Origin: Candidatus Babeliales bacterium
Lineage (GTDB): Bacteria; Babelota; Babeliae; Babelales; JACPOV01
Assembly (NCBI GenBank): GCA_040879965.1
Contig: JBBDJI010000007.1
Location: 29,393 to 93,392, forward strand
Length of the DNA stretch: 64,000 nucleotides
Direction of reading: 5' to 3'
Position numbers and translations under genes: made by a program
Shown here: positions 26,287-34,564 of the stretch, one piece after another
Numbering within the stretch: the stretch's first letter is position 1
Layout of the letters: the number at the start of each line of letters is the position of its first letter
Notes under the pieces: generated by a model
Databases searched by the model: none
The model's input: only the letters and a program-made list of their open reading frames with translations
Told to the model about the DNA's origin: nothing

Positions 26287-28149
26287 ATGAACAATCAACA
26301 ATTACAAAAATTTTTAGAATATATAGCTTATAATGTACGAGTTTCTTCTATAAAAATGACGACCAAAGCAGGATCAGGACATCCAACTTCAGCACTTTCT
26401 GCTGCCGATATTGTGGCAGCATTATTTTTTTATGCAATGCGCTTTGACCCTAAAAATCCAAATAATCCAAATAATGACCGATTTATTCTTTCAAAAGGGC
26501 ACGCTGCGCCAGTTTTATATGCAATATGGAAAGAATTGGGCTTATTGAGCGAAGAAGATTTAATGACTTATCGGGAAATTGAATCAGTTCTTGAAGGCCA
26601 TCCCACGCTACGTTTTTCACGTACTGAGGCGGCAACTGGTTCCTTGGGGCAGGGGCTTTCTATTGCTGCTGGTATGGCTTATGTAGCAAAAATGGATAAA
26701 AAAGATTTTTATACTTATTGTTTAATTGGTGATATGGAAAGCATGGAAGGTTCTATTTGGGAAGCAACTGAAATAGCAGCCTTTTATAAATTAAATCAAC
26801 TCATTGGAATTCTTGATTGTAATCGTTTAGGACAAAGTGCACCAACAATTCATGAACATAATGTAAATCGGTATGCCAATAAATTTGATGCATTTGGTTG
26901 GCATGTGCTGATTGTGGATGGCCATAATATGCAAGAATTAATGCAAGCTTTAGATCAAGCGAAAACAGTTAAAAATAAACCATCAATTATCATAGCAAAA
27001 ACTATTAAAGGATATGGCGTTACAAAAGCAGAAGATGAAGAAGGGTTTCATGGCAAGCCATTCAAAAAGGAAAACTTAGATAAGGTTTTAAATAGTTTAG
27101 AACAACACTTTAAAGAGGCTGCACATTACACCGGTGGATTTGAATGGAAACCAACATTGCCTGAAATGGATTCAATACCAAAACATAAGCCAATTACTTT
27201 ACCAGTATCCGATTACAAAAAAGATGATAAACAGCCGACACGTAAGGCTTATGGGCAAGCAATTGCAGCAGTGGGTGATGTAAGCAAGCAAGCTGTAAGT
27301 TTGGATGCGGAAGTTAAAAATTCTACTTATGCGGAAATTTTTGAAGAAAAACACCCCGATCGATTTGTGCAGTGTTTTATTGCAGAACAAAATATGATTG
27401 GTATGGCAGTTGGCATGGCTAGACTTGGCAAAATTCCATTTGCTTCAACGTTTGGTGCATTTTTCACGCGTGCTTTTGATCAAATAAGAATGGCTGCTAT
27501 TGGCCAATCACCTTTACGATTAACTGGTTCACATGCCGGTGTTTCGATAGGACAAGATGGCCCTTCTCAGATGGCCCTTGAAGATATTGCCATCATGCGT
27601 ACGCTACCAGATTCTGTAGTACTTTATCCTAGTGATGCGGTAAGTACTTATAAATTGGTTGAGCTTATGGCAAATCGTAATGATGGGATTACCTATTTAC
27701 GGACTACTCGAATGGCAACTCCGATTTTATATAAAAATGACGAGCAATTTTCAATAGGCAGTTGTAAAGTGTTGCATCAGAGCGATCATGATGCTGCCTG
27801 TGTTATAGGTGCTGGTGTCACCTTGCATGAAGCGTTAAAAGCATATAATCAGTTAAAAATGGAAAATATTTATATTGCAGTGATCGATTTATATTCGATT
27901 AAACCACTCGCGCATGAAGTGCTTTTACGGGTTGGAAAACAGGCAAAAAAAAGGATTATTACCGTAGAGGATCATTATCTAGAAGGGGGCATTGGTCAAG
28001 CCGTAACCTATGATTTACGGAATGATAACTTAGATATTCAGTGCTTAGCGGTAGAAAAGCTCCCACGGTCTGGTTTGCCAGAAATATTGATGCACTGGGA
28101 AAAAATTGATTCAGCTGCTATAATAGAAGCAGTAAAGAAAAAACTATAA
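26287..28149 (+). CDS. tkt: Transketolase
   Basis: 620 aa. The N-terminal GSGHPTSALSAADI thiamine-diphosphate motif is characteristic. Confidence 0.85.
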   Translation: MNNQQLQKFLEYIAYNVRVSSIKMTTKAGSGHPTSALSAADIVAALFFYAMRFDPKNPNNPNNDRFILSKGHAAPVLYAIWKELGLLSEEDLMTYREIESVLEGHPTLRFSRTEAATGSLGQGLSIAAGMAYVAKMDKKDFYTYCLIGDMESMEGSIWEATEIAAFYKLNQLIGILDCNRLGQSAPTIHEHNVNRYANKFDAFGWHVLIVDGHNMQELMQALDQAKTVKNKPSIIIAKTIKGYGVTKAEDEEGFHGKPFKKENLDKVLNSLEQHFKEAAHYTGGFEWKPTLPEMDSIPKHKPITLPVSDYKKDDKQPTRKAYGQAIAAVGDVSKQAVSLDAEVKNSTYAEIFEEKHPDRFVQCFIAEQNMIGMAVGMARLGKIPFASTFGAFFTRAFDQIRMAAIGQSPLRLTGSHAGVSIGQDGPSQMALEDIAIMRTLPDSVVLYPSDAVSTYKLVELMANRNDGITYLRTTRMATPILYKNDEQFSIGSCKVLHQSDHDAACVIGAGVTLHEALKAYNQLKMENIYIAVIDLYSIKPLAHEVLLRVGKQAKKRIITVEDHYLEGGIGQAVTYDLRNDNLDIQCLAVEKLPRSGLPEILMHWEKIDSAAIIEAVKKKL

Positions 28150-28155
28150 ATATGG

Positions 28156-28758
28156 ATGGTTTCTATGGGTTATTTTCAAATTGTATCAATTTTTATTCTT
28201 TTGTGTTCAATTGGGCTCCATGGCCGAAGTAGTAATGTAATAGAGCATATTCGTGCTACTGAGCATTATTTTAAAAAACAGTTAGGTAAATATAAACGTG
28301 AAATTAGTGCTAATATTGGGTTAGTGCTTTCAAAGAATCAAAAACATATTGCTCATGAGGGCGTTCGGGTTGATCAGCTTAATATGAGACATATTGCTTT
28401 GGGTAATTTGAATAAAAAACAATTAAAATTAACTGGTTTGCATACTGATCAATTTTGCCCAGAAAAAATTAAAAAAGTTATTATTCCGCCCAATGAAAAA
28501 GGTATTTGGTTGGGTCAATGGAAAGATGAAAGATCTAATTTAGCTAAAATTTCAAGTTTTTTCCCTTCATTATGGTCTGCATCAGTAATTGTTGATAACA
28601 TTATTGAATCATTAGCTCACATTAAAGGGATAAAATTAGTTAGAAATGGTGTACGCATTTTAGGTAAAACAAGCAATGACATTAATATAGAATTGTTTAT
28701 TAAGCCTGATGGTACTATTCAAACTGCGTTTCCAAGAATTAATCCCAAAAAAATTTAG
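28156..28758 (+). CDS. Hypothetical protein with an N-terminal signal/anchor
   Basis: 200 aa. No recognisable motif. Lies 6 nt after tkt. Confidence 0.4.
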   Translation: MVSMGYFQIVSIFILLCSIGLHGRSSNVIEHIRATEHYFKKQLGKYKREISANIGLVLSKNQKHIAHEGVRVDQLNMRHIALGNLNKKQLKLTGLHTDQFCPEKIKKVIIPPNEKGIWLGQWKDERSNLAKISSFFPSLWSASVIVDNIIESLAHIKGIKLVRNGVRILGKTSNDINIELFIKPDGTIQTAFPRINPKKI

Positions 28759-30436
28759 TGTTAACTGGTAATTTGCCCAATGCCTGTTGATTACCAAGAA
28801 TTACATGCGCTGCCGTGCGTTGTGCTTCAGGATCATTTTCATAGGCTAAAAGAAGTATGTTTTCTTTCTCAAATAACCGTAAGCTATAAGGGCTTCCAAA
28901 AATAGTTATTATTATTTTTTTCCCTTTGTTTTTTAAATCATTAATAAATTGGTGCGTTTTTTCATGAATGCCAAAATTAGTTTTAATATTTTGATTCATA
29001 CCTAATAGCGCAATAATAATTGTTTTTTTATTATTAATTTTTTGCATAACATAATCGATAGTTTGCTGCGGCATGTCGGTAGAAATATGAAATGAAGGGA
29101 TATTCATTGCTGATTTTAATATTTTTTCAAATTCGCTCGGAATAGTACCACCAATTTGAATAAGAACCGAATCATCATATTTTTTACTAGCTAGAGGGAT
29201 CAAATTTTGTTCGTCAGTAACTACGCTGGTAGCATTATTAAAAAGAGCTTGTTTTAATTGATGCGCATAAAATGTGTTAATTACAAGGGTATTTTTGTTA
29301 TCAACAAAACGCGATGTATGTACATTCATTCTTTCTTTTGCTTTTAATATTTTTAATACCCGTTGATTTAATTCTTCTTCAGATATGACTTTGTCTTCAA
29401 TGGCTTGTTCTATTAATGCAACTGTTTTTGGTACATCAAGCGGACACAATATAATATCTGCACCAGCCAAAAAAGCCTTAAATTCAGCATAACCGGGTTT
29501 GTGATATTTGGTGATTCCCTTCATGCCCATACCATCGGTAACAACAAGGCCTGAAAAGCCAAGTTCTTTTTTGAGTAAATCAGTAACAATTGGATAAGAT
29601 AAACTTGATGGCAAATAAGGTGTGCTATCTAATGCGGGGATTTTTAAATGAGCAGTCATTATGGCAGCAATACCTGCGTTAATAAGTTGTTTAAATGGAT
29701 AGAATTCATTTTCATATAATTCTTCACGTGTTTGTAAAACCAGCGGTAATTTTGCATGAGAATCAGTATAAGTATTGCCATGACCTGTAAAATGTTTTCC
29801 ACATGCTAAAATACCAGCGTCTTGCATACCTTGCATTAAAAGTATGCCATATTGAGCGACACGTTTTTTATCGTCACCAAAAGAACGCATATGGATAATT
29901 GGATTTTCAGGATTAGTATTAATATCTATTACGGGCGCAAAATTAATATGCACACCTATTTTTTTACATTGCCGACCAATTTCATAACCAAGATCATATA
30001 TCAGTGATTCATCTTGAATGGCACCGAGCGTCATATTTCGAGGAAAAGAAATGCCATCATATAATCGCATGCCAAGCCCCCACTCAGCATCTTGTCCAAT
30101 CAATAAGGGAATGGTACTTATTTTTTGGAAAAGATTCGTTAGCATGATTTGTTGATTAATATTTTGTTTGTATAAAAAAATAAGACCACCAATGTGATAT
30201 TCTTTAATGAGTTTTTCAATGTAATCATGATTCATTAAATAAGGCGATTCAAGGATTGCTTTTGCAATAGTTTCTTCATGCATATGTAAATTGGCACATG
30301 TTGCGACCATAAATAATTGTCCGATTTTTTCACGCAGGCTCATGGTTGTGAGTGTTTTTTCTGCCCATGATTGATTTTGTGCACAAAGCATTGAAGATAT
30401 AAGAATATTTAAAATAAGAAACCAATAATACTGCAT
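28739..30436 (-). CDS. Glycoside hydrolase family 3 protein (beta-N-acetylhexosaminidase/beta-glucosidase-like), secreted
   Basis: 565 aa. Signal peptide and the GH3 N-terminal domain pattern (LLIGQDAEWG, KHFTGHG, VVTDGMGMKG). Confidence 0.65.
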   Translation of the reverse strand: MQYYWFLILNILISSMLCAQNQSWAEKTLTTMSLREKIGQLFMVATCANLHMHEETIAKAILESPYLMNHDYIEKLIKEYHIGGLIFLYKQNINQQIMLTNLFQKISTIPLLIGQDAEWGLGMRLYDGISFPRNMTLGAIQDESLIYDLGYEIGRQCKKIGVHINFAPVIDINTNPENPIIHMRSFGDDKKRVAQYGILLMQGMQDAGILACGKHFTGHGNTYTDSHAKLPLVLQTREELYENEFYPFKQLINAGIAAIMTAHLKIPALDSTPYLPSSLSYPIVTDLLKKELGFSGLVVTDGMGMKGITKYHKPGYAEFKAFLAGADIILCPLDVPKTVALIEQAIEDKVISEEELNQRVLKILKAKERMNVHTSRFVDNKNTLVINTFYAHQLKQALFNNATSVVTDEQNLIPLASKKYDDSVLIQIGGTIPSEFEKILKSAMNIPSFHISTDMPQQTIDYVMQKINNKKTIIIALLGMNQNIKTNFGIHEKTHQFINDLKNKGKKIIITIFGSPYSLRLFEKENILLLAYENDPEAQRTAAHVILGNQQALGKLPVNTKFFWD

Positions 30437-30464
30437 ATATACTATCCTTTTTTTTTAAAAGCAA

Positions 30465-31358
30465 TTATCGACTTTTTAAAGATAGCGAATATGGTTTTTC
30501 TTGAATAGTTTTTTTATTTTGTCTTTTCTCCAATTGATCAAGAATAGTTGGTAATAAAGATAAAAATTTCTGAAGCATAAACTCGATATGAAAAATATTA
30601 CGCCCATCAATTTTAATTTGCGCTTGAATAAGTCGTTTAGTTGGCGCAAAAATTCGTTCAGAAAACCAAGGAATATTTTTTTGTTTATCATAAGCATCTT
30701 GCATGTCATGAATATCTTTAGAATAAAGACCCTGAGGGTCTAAAACTTGTATGGTATCAAAAGCAGAATATAGAGAAATAATTTGCTGAAATATTGGATC
30801 TTCTAAATATTGCTTAGTGCGTTCTTGCACAGGGCATGCAAGCAAAATAAGTTCGCAAATAGTTAAATCATTTTTATTGTTAATTTTAGAAAGAGTTAAT
30901 GCAACATTTCCTCCGTGGCTATGCGCAATAATTCGGATGAAAGGTTCAAAACCATATTTTTTTTTATAGTTTGTTATTAATTTTTTCAAATCCGCATAAA
31001 GATCTTCAGCTGCTTTTTTGCGTGCCTGAAAACTTAATTTGCCTGACCAACCAAAAAGATAGAAAGTTTTTAGCGGGAATCGTTTAGGGTCTGCCTTTGC
31101 GAGTATTTGTGCAATTTGATTATGATGATAGCTTTCATCAAGTTCAGTTGCCAAATTCAAACCAGGCTTACAATAAAAAAATTTAGGCAAAAAATAATCC
31201 GGAAAAAAGAGTGTACCATGTATCCATACGGTAACAGGTAAAGCTTGTTGCTTTTTTATCTGTTTTTTTTGAATATCGGAATATATGTAAATACCTGCTA
31301 TAAATAGTAGAGCAAATAGTAATAAGAGGCAATACAACCAATACATTGTTCTTTCCAT
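30465..31358 (-). CDS. Alpha/beta-hydrolase (lipase/esterase-like, DUF676/PGAP1-like) with an N-terminal TM anchor
   Basis: 297 aa. WIHGT oxyanion-like motif and an AHSHGG nucleophile elbow. Confidence 0.5.
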   Translation of the reverse strand: MERTMYWLYCLLLLFALLFIAGIYIYSDIQKKQIKKQQALPVTVWIHGTLFFPDYFLPKFFYCKPGLNLATELDESYHHNQIAQILAKADPKRFPLKTFYLFGWSGKLSFQARKKAAEDLYADLKKLITNYKKKYGFEPFIRIIAHSHGGNVALTLSKINNKNDLTICELILLACPVQERTKQYLEDPIFQQIISLYSAFDTIQVLDPQGLYSKDIHDMQDAYDKQKNIPWFSERIFAPTKRLIQAQIKIDGRNIFHIEFMLQKFLSLLPTILDQLEKRQNKKTIQEKPYSLSLKSR

Positions 31359-31435
31359 TAATTTCCCCCTAATGTTTTCTCTAAATATAATTTAATGAAA
31401 CTTTAAAATTTAGTCAAAATAAAGTAATTATGCTG

Positions 31436-31463
31436 TTGACAATTGAAAAATATATTCTATTAT
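31436..31463 (+). promoter_or_regulatory. Sigma70-like promoter TTGACA-N16-TATTAT for the SPFH gene
   Basis: -35 TTGACA 31436-31441 and -10 TATTAT 31458-31463, ~60 nt upstream of the ATG at 31523. Confidence 0.45.
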
Positions 31464-31522
31464 TTAAACAAATAATTACATTTTGTGGCTCAGCTATTTA
31501 ATAACAAAGAGAAAGATTTACT

Positions 31523-32476
31523 GTGATGGAAATAATAATAGGAATAATAATTTTTACGGTATTAAGTATATCGCTATTACTGTTCAAATCTATTTATTTG
31601 GTTACGCAAGCAGAAGTTGTGGTTATTGAACGTTTTGGTAAATATAATCGTACACTTGTCCCTGGATTTAATTTAGTTGTGCCATTTGTGGATAACCCTT
31701 GCCGTGTTATTTGGACATATCTTATCTCAGATGATAACGGAAAACATTATATCCGTTACTCAAAAGTTATTGAGAAAATAGATTTGCGAGAATCGGTATA
31801 TGATTTTCCTAAGCAGAATGTGATTACACGTGATAATGTAACCATGGAAATTAATGCGTTGCTTTATTATCAAATTACTGATCCAAAAGCAGCCGTTTAT
31901 GAAGTATCTAATTTGCCTGAAGCAATTGAAAAGCTAACACAAACGACATTACGTAATGTTATCGGTTCAATGGATTTGGATGAAAGTCTTGTTTCTCGTG
32001 ATAGTATTAATGAAAAATTACGTGTGATTTTAGATGAGGCAACCGATAAATGGGGCGTAAAAGTTAATCGTGTAGAATTACAAGAAGTTAAGCCACCAGC
32101 GGACATCCGTCAAGCTATGGAAAAGCAGATGCGCGCCGAGCGTGATCGACGTGCCATAATTTTAGCGGCAGAAGGAAGTAAGCGCGCTGCAATTTTAGAA
32201 GCTGAAGGCATGCAAGAATCTAGTGTTTTGCGAGCTAAAGGTGAAGCGGAAGCACGCATAGTTATTGCGCAAGCGGAAACAAAGGCGGTTGAAATAATTA
32301 AAGCAATAATGCCAGAGCAAGATCCATTACCATATTTAATTGCGATGCAATATATTAAAGCATTACCAGAAATGGCTAAAGGTAAGAATGATAAACTCAT
32401 TGTTGTGCCATATGAGGCTACTTCATTAATTGGATCTTTATCTTCGATTAAAACGATATTTGATAAAATACAATAG
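31523..32476 (+). CDS. SPFH/band-7 domain protein (stomatin/prohibitin-like)
   Basis: 317 aa. N-terminal TM, the SPFH core, and a C-terminal coiled-coil with an AEG/EAE repeat pattern. Confidence 0.7.
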   Translation: MMEIIIGIIIFTVLSISLLLFKSIYLVTQAEVVVIERFGKYNRTLVPGFNLVVPFVDNPCRVIWTYLISDDNGKHYIRYSKVIEKIDLRESVYDFPKQNVITRDNVTMEINALLYYQITDPKAAVYEVSNLPEAIEKLTQTTLRNVIGSMDLDESLVSRDSINEKLRVILDEATDKWGVKVNRVELQEVKPPADIRQAMEKQMRAERDRRAIILAAEGSKRAAILEAEGMQESSVLRAKGEAEARIVIAQAETKAVEIIKAIMPEQDPLPYLIAMQYIKALPEMAKGKNDKLIVVPYEATSLIGSLSSIKTIFDKIQ

Positions 32477-32505
32477 AAAAAGGCGCCAATTATGGTGCCT
32501 TTTTC
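32476..32505. terminator. Bidirectional rho-independent terminator between the SPFH and USP-like genes
   Basis: AAAAA-GGCGCCA-ATTA-TGGTGCC-TTTTT (7-bp stem with one G.U, A-run and T-run flanks), located between convergent genes. Confidence 0.6.
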
Positions 32506-32517
32506 TAAATTTGGCTA

Positions 32518-33681
32518 TTATTTTAAAAGATTTGTAAGTGATCTTAAACTGCCAGTAAGTTTTTCTAACTCATTTGATAACGCTTTGAATGCTATCTGTT
32601 CGGCTTCTTTGCGCTTGCGTTCTTTTTCTAGTTTTTGCCATAATTCATATTCTGATCTTGTTATCGTTGTTTTTTGGTAAATAAAAAGATAGCCTGTTCC
32701 TTCGGTGGCTGATCCAGTAATGTCATTTGGTATATTTTCTCTAGAAATGTTTACCGGAGTTATTACGCTATCATTACACTTATACCATTGTTCATTAGTT
32801 TTTACATAGGCCCAATAATGTCCTCCTTTCGCGGTTCCTCCTTGTATAATTACTCCGATAAGTTCATAGTGTTTGTTTTCTGGATCTTTTGGTCTAGTAA
32901 ACAGAAATTCTGATATATTAATTTTTAAAGGGATATCAATTTTATGAGTTAATTTTTGTGTTTGTGTAGAAGAAATATATTGATATCTTTTTAAGGTAAT
33001 CTGTAAAATTTCTGGTGAATTGAGTAGTTTGAATTGTTTAGTACAATCAAGTCTGTTTTTGTTTGTAAAAGTATCACGGTAGGGGTCTTGAGGATCAGAG
33101 AATTTCTCTTTTTTAAAAAAACTTTCAAGACAAGCCATAAGAGAGGTTAAGGGAATTTCGTCATCGATTACTTCTACTTTTATTGATAAATCTGATTCAG
33201 GAGGAAGTCCTTTGGTTGAAGCTGAAAAGCCTTCAATTGCAGGGCACTCAATAATTGGTTTCAGATAAAGTTTAAATAATACTCTAATCGATCTTTGTAG
33301 CGCAGTATTTGCCAGAAGATCATTTAAAAGATAAAAGAAAAATTCAGTTGCATCTTCTTGAGCACCACACTTAAATCCTGGAATTTTTTCTGGTGCTTCC
33401 TTATCCAATTCGCCTAAAACGGTGTCACACGAAAAAATATGTGGTCTATTTTCTTTTTCAAATTCTTTTATCAATTCTGTGTAAAGATAACTCAGTGATC
33501 TGGTACTTGATGAATAAGGATTCGGATTTGCTGTTAAAATGTTTGTAAGAGGGTTAATATTATAAAGAGCTTGAATTGAAGCATTTAAAAAGCAAGTATT
33601 GCCACAATTTGCTAAACCAGGAGGCTGTGGTTTTAATTGAATAAAGCTAATTATAAAAATAATAAATAATATTTTTTTCAT
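32518..33681 (-). CDS. Ubiquitin-specific protease (USP/UBP, peptidase C19)-like protein with an N-terminal hydrophobic signal/anchor. A eukaryotic-type deubiquitinase and candidate secreted effector.
   Basis: 387 aa. Canonical Cys box GLANCGNTCFLNASIQALYN at residues ~22-41 and His box GGHYWAYVK...WYKCNDSVITPV near the C-terminus. Confidence 0.8.
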   Translation of the reverse strand: MKKILFIIFIISFIQLKPQPPGLANCGNTCFLNASIQALYNINPLTNILTANPNPYSSSTRSLSYLYTELIKEFEKENRPHIFSCDTVLGELDKEAPEKIPGFKCGAQEDATEFFFYLLNDLLANTALQRSIRVLFKLYLKPIIECPAIEGFSASTKGLPPESDLSIKVEVIDDEIPLTSLMACLESFFKKEKFSDPQDPYRDTFTNKNRLDCTKQFKLLNSPEILQITLKRYQYISSTQTQKLTHKIDIPLKINISEFLFTRPKDPENKHYELIGVIIQGGTAKGGHYWAYVKTNEQWYKCNDSVITPVNISRENIPNDITGSATEGTGYLFIYQKTTITRSEYELWQKLEKERKRKEAEQIAFKALSNELEKLTGSLRSLTNLLK

Positions 33682-33908
33682 TGTACTATTTCCTTTTTTT
33701 TATTTCATCTGTTCTTTTCCAAGCAAAAGCATATAAAAAATAAATCTTTGAAAGCAATTATTGTGATGTCTCTGTTTTATTTCTTTGTATATTTAATCAA
33801 GAAAGTTGTTAATATTTTAAATAAAAAGAATTTTGGCAGAGATTAAAAAGCGTAATTTATCGAAAAAGACTCAGTTTAACTATGAGAAGAAAAATTTGAC
33901 TATTTTTT

Positions 33909-33962
33909 TGGAGGCTGCCTTAATTGAATGGAGGAAAATATGGAGGTTTCTAGAACTGGAGG
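33909..33962 (+). repeat. Four direct TGGAGG repeats (33909, 33929, 33941, 33957) bracketed by the inverted repeat GGCTGCCTTAA / TTAAAGCAGCC
   Basis: Read directly from the sequence. GC-rich patch ~230 bp upstream of the USP-like gene start. Confidence 0.5.
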
Positions 33963-33992
33963 TTCTTAGAAGTTTAAAGCAGCCCCCCTTCT

Positions 33993-34008
33993 TCCTAGCA
34001 AGCTAGGA
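33993..34008. repeat. GCAAGC-apex hairpin TCCTAG-CAAG-CTAGGA resembling the IS200/IS605 subterminal hairpins at 5491-6038
   Basis: Palindrome TCCTAGCAAGCTAGGA. Compare CTAGGGAGCAAGCTCCCTAG at 6003-6022. Confidence 0.4.
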
Positions 34009-34064
34009 TCTATATCTAAGATACCATAAAAGTTTCAAATTGCAAATATTTCCTCCTGTCAAAA

Positions 34065-34496
34065 TTAATTATTTTTCTGATCTGGTATTAGGCTGATTAT
34101 AAGGCCAGATGAGTTTTCAGGGTTTGCTTCATGTTTAACATGATATCCAGCAAAACCGCTTAATGGATATGTTTGGATAGAAAGTAAGCCAATTGCTTGC
34201 TGCCAAGTCCAGGTTTTATCTTTTTTGGTAATAGGGGTAGGGGTAGCTATTTGTTTCGTTCCAGGTTCAAGTATCACCGGCCCATATTTTAGGGGAATTC
34301 TTCCACGTCTTATGAGAGTTCCTAGTTTTTTAATTTTTCCGGAAGGACAATTAAATTCAATAACAATTTTGATTGGTTTATCAGTCTTATTTTTAATAAG
34401 AGGTCGCATAAAGGATCCTGGCTCCTCCGCAATGAGCGGTATAACATTTAAGAAAGAAAAAAAAGTGAAAATTAAGAATATTATCAGCATTATCAT
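34065..34496 (-). CDS. Hypothetical secreted protein
   Basis: 143 aa with a signal peptide. Confidence 0.45.
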   Translation of the reverse strand: MIMLIIFLIFTFFSFLNVIPLIAEEPGSFMRPLIKNKTDKPIKIVIEFNCPSGKIKKLGTLIRRGRIPLKYGPVILEPGTKQIATPTPITKKDKTWTWQQAIGLLSIQTYPLSGFAGYHVKHEANPENSSGLIISLIPDQKNN

Positions 34497-34564
34497 GTCC
34501 TTTTGAGTTAGGTTTTTTTCTAGGGACTATAATATGATTTGGTAATTGAGTAAATATTTTTTTA

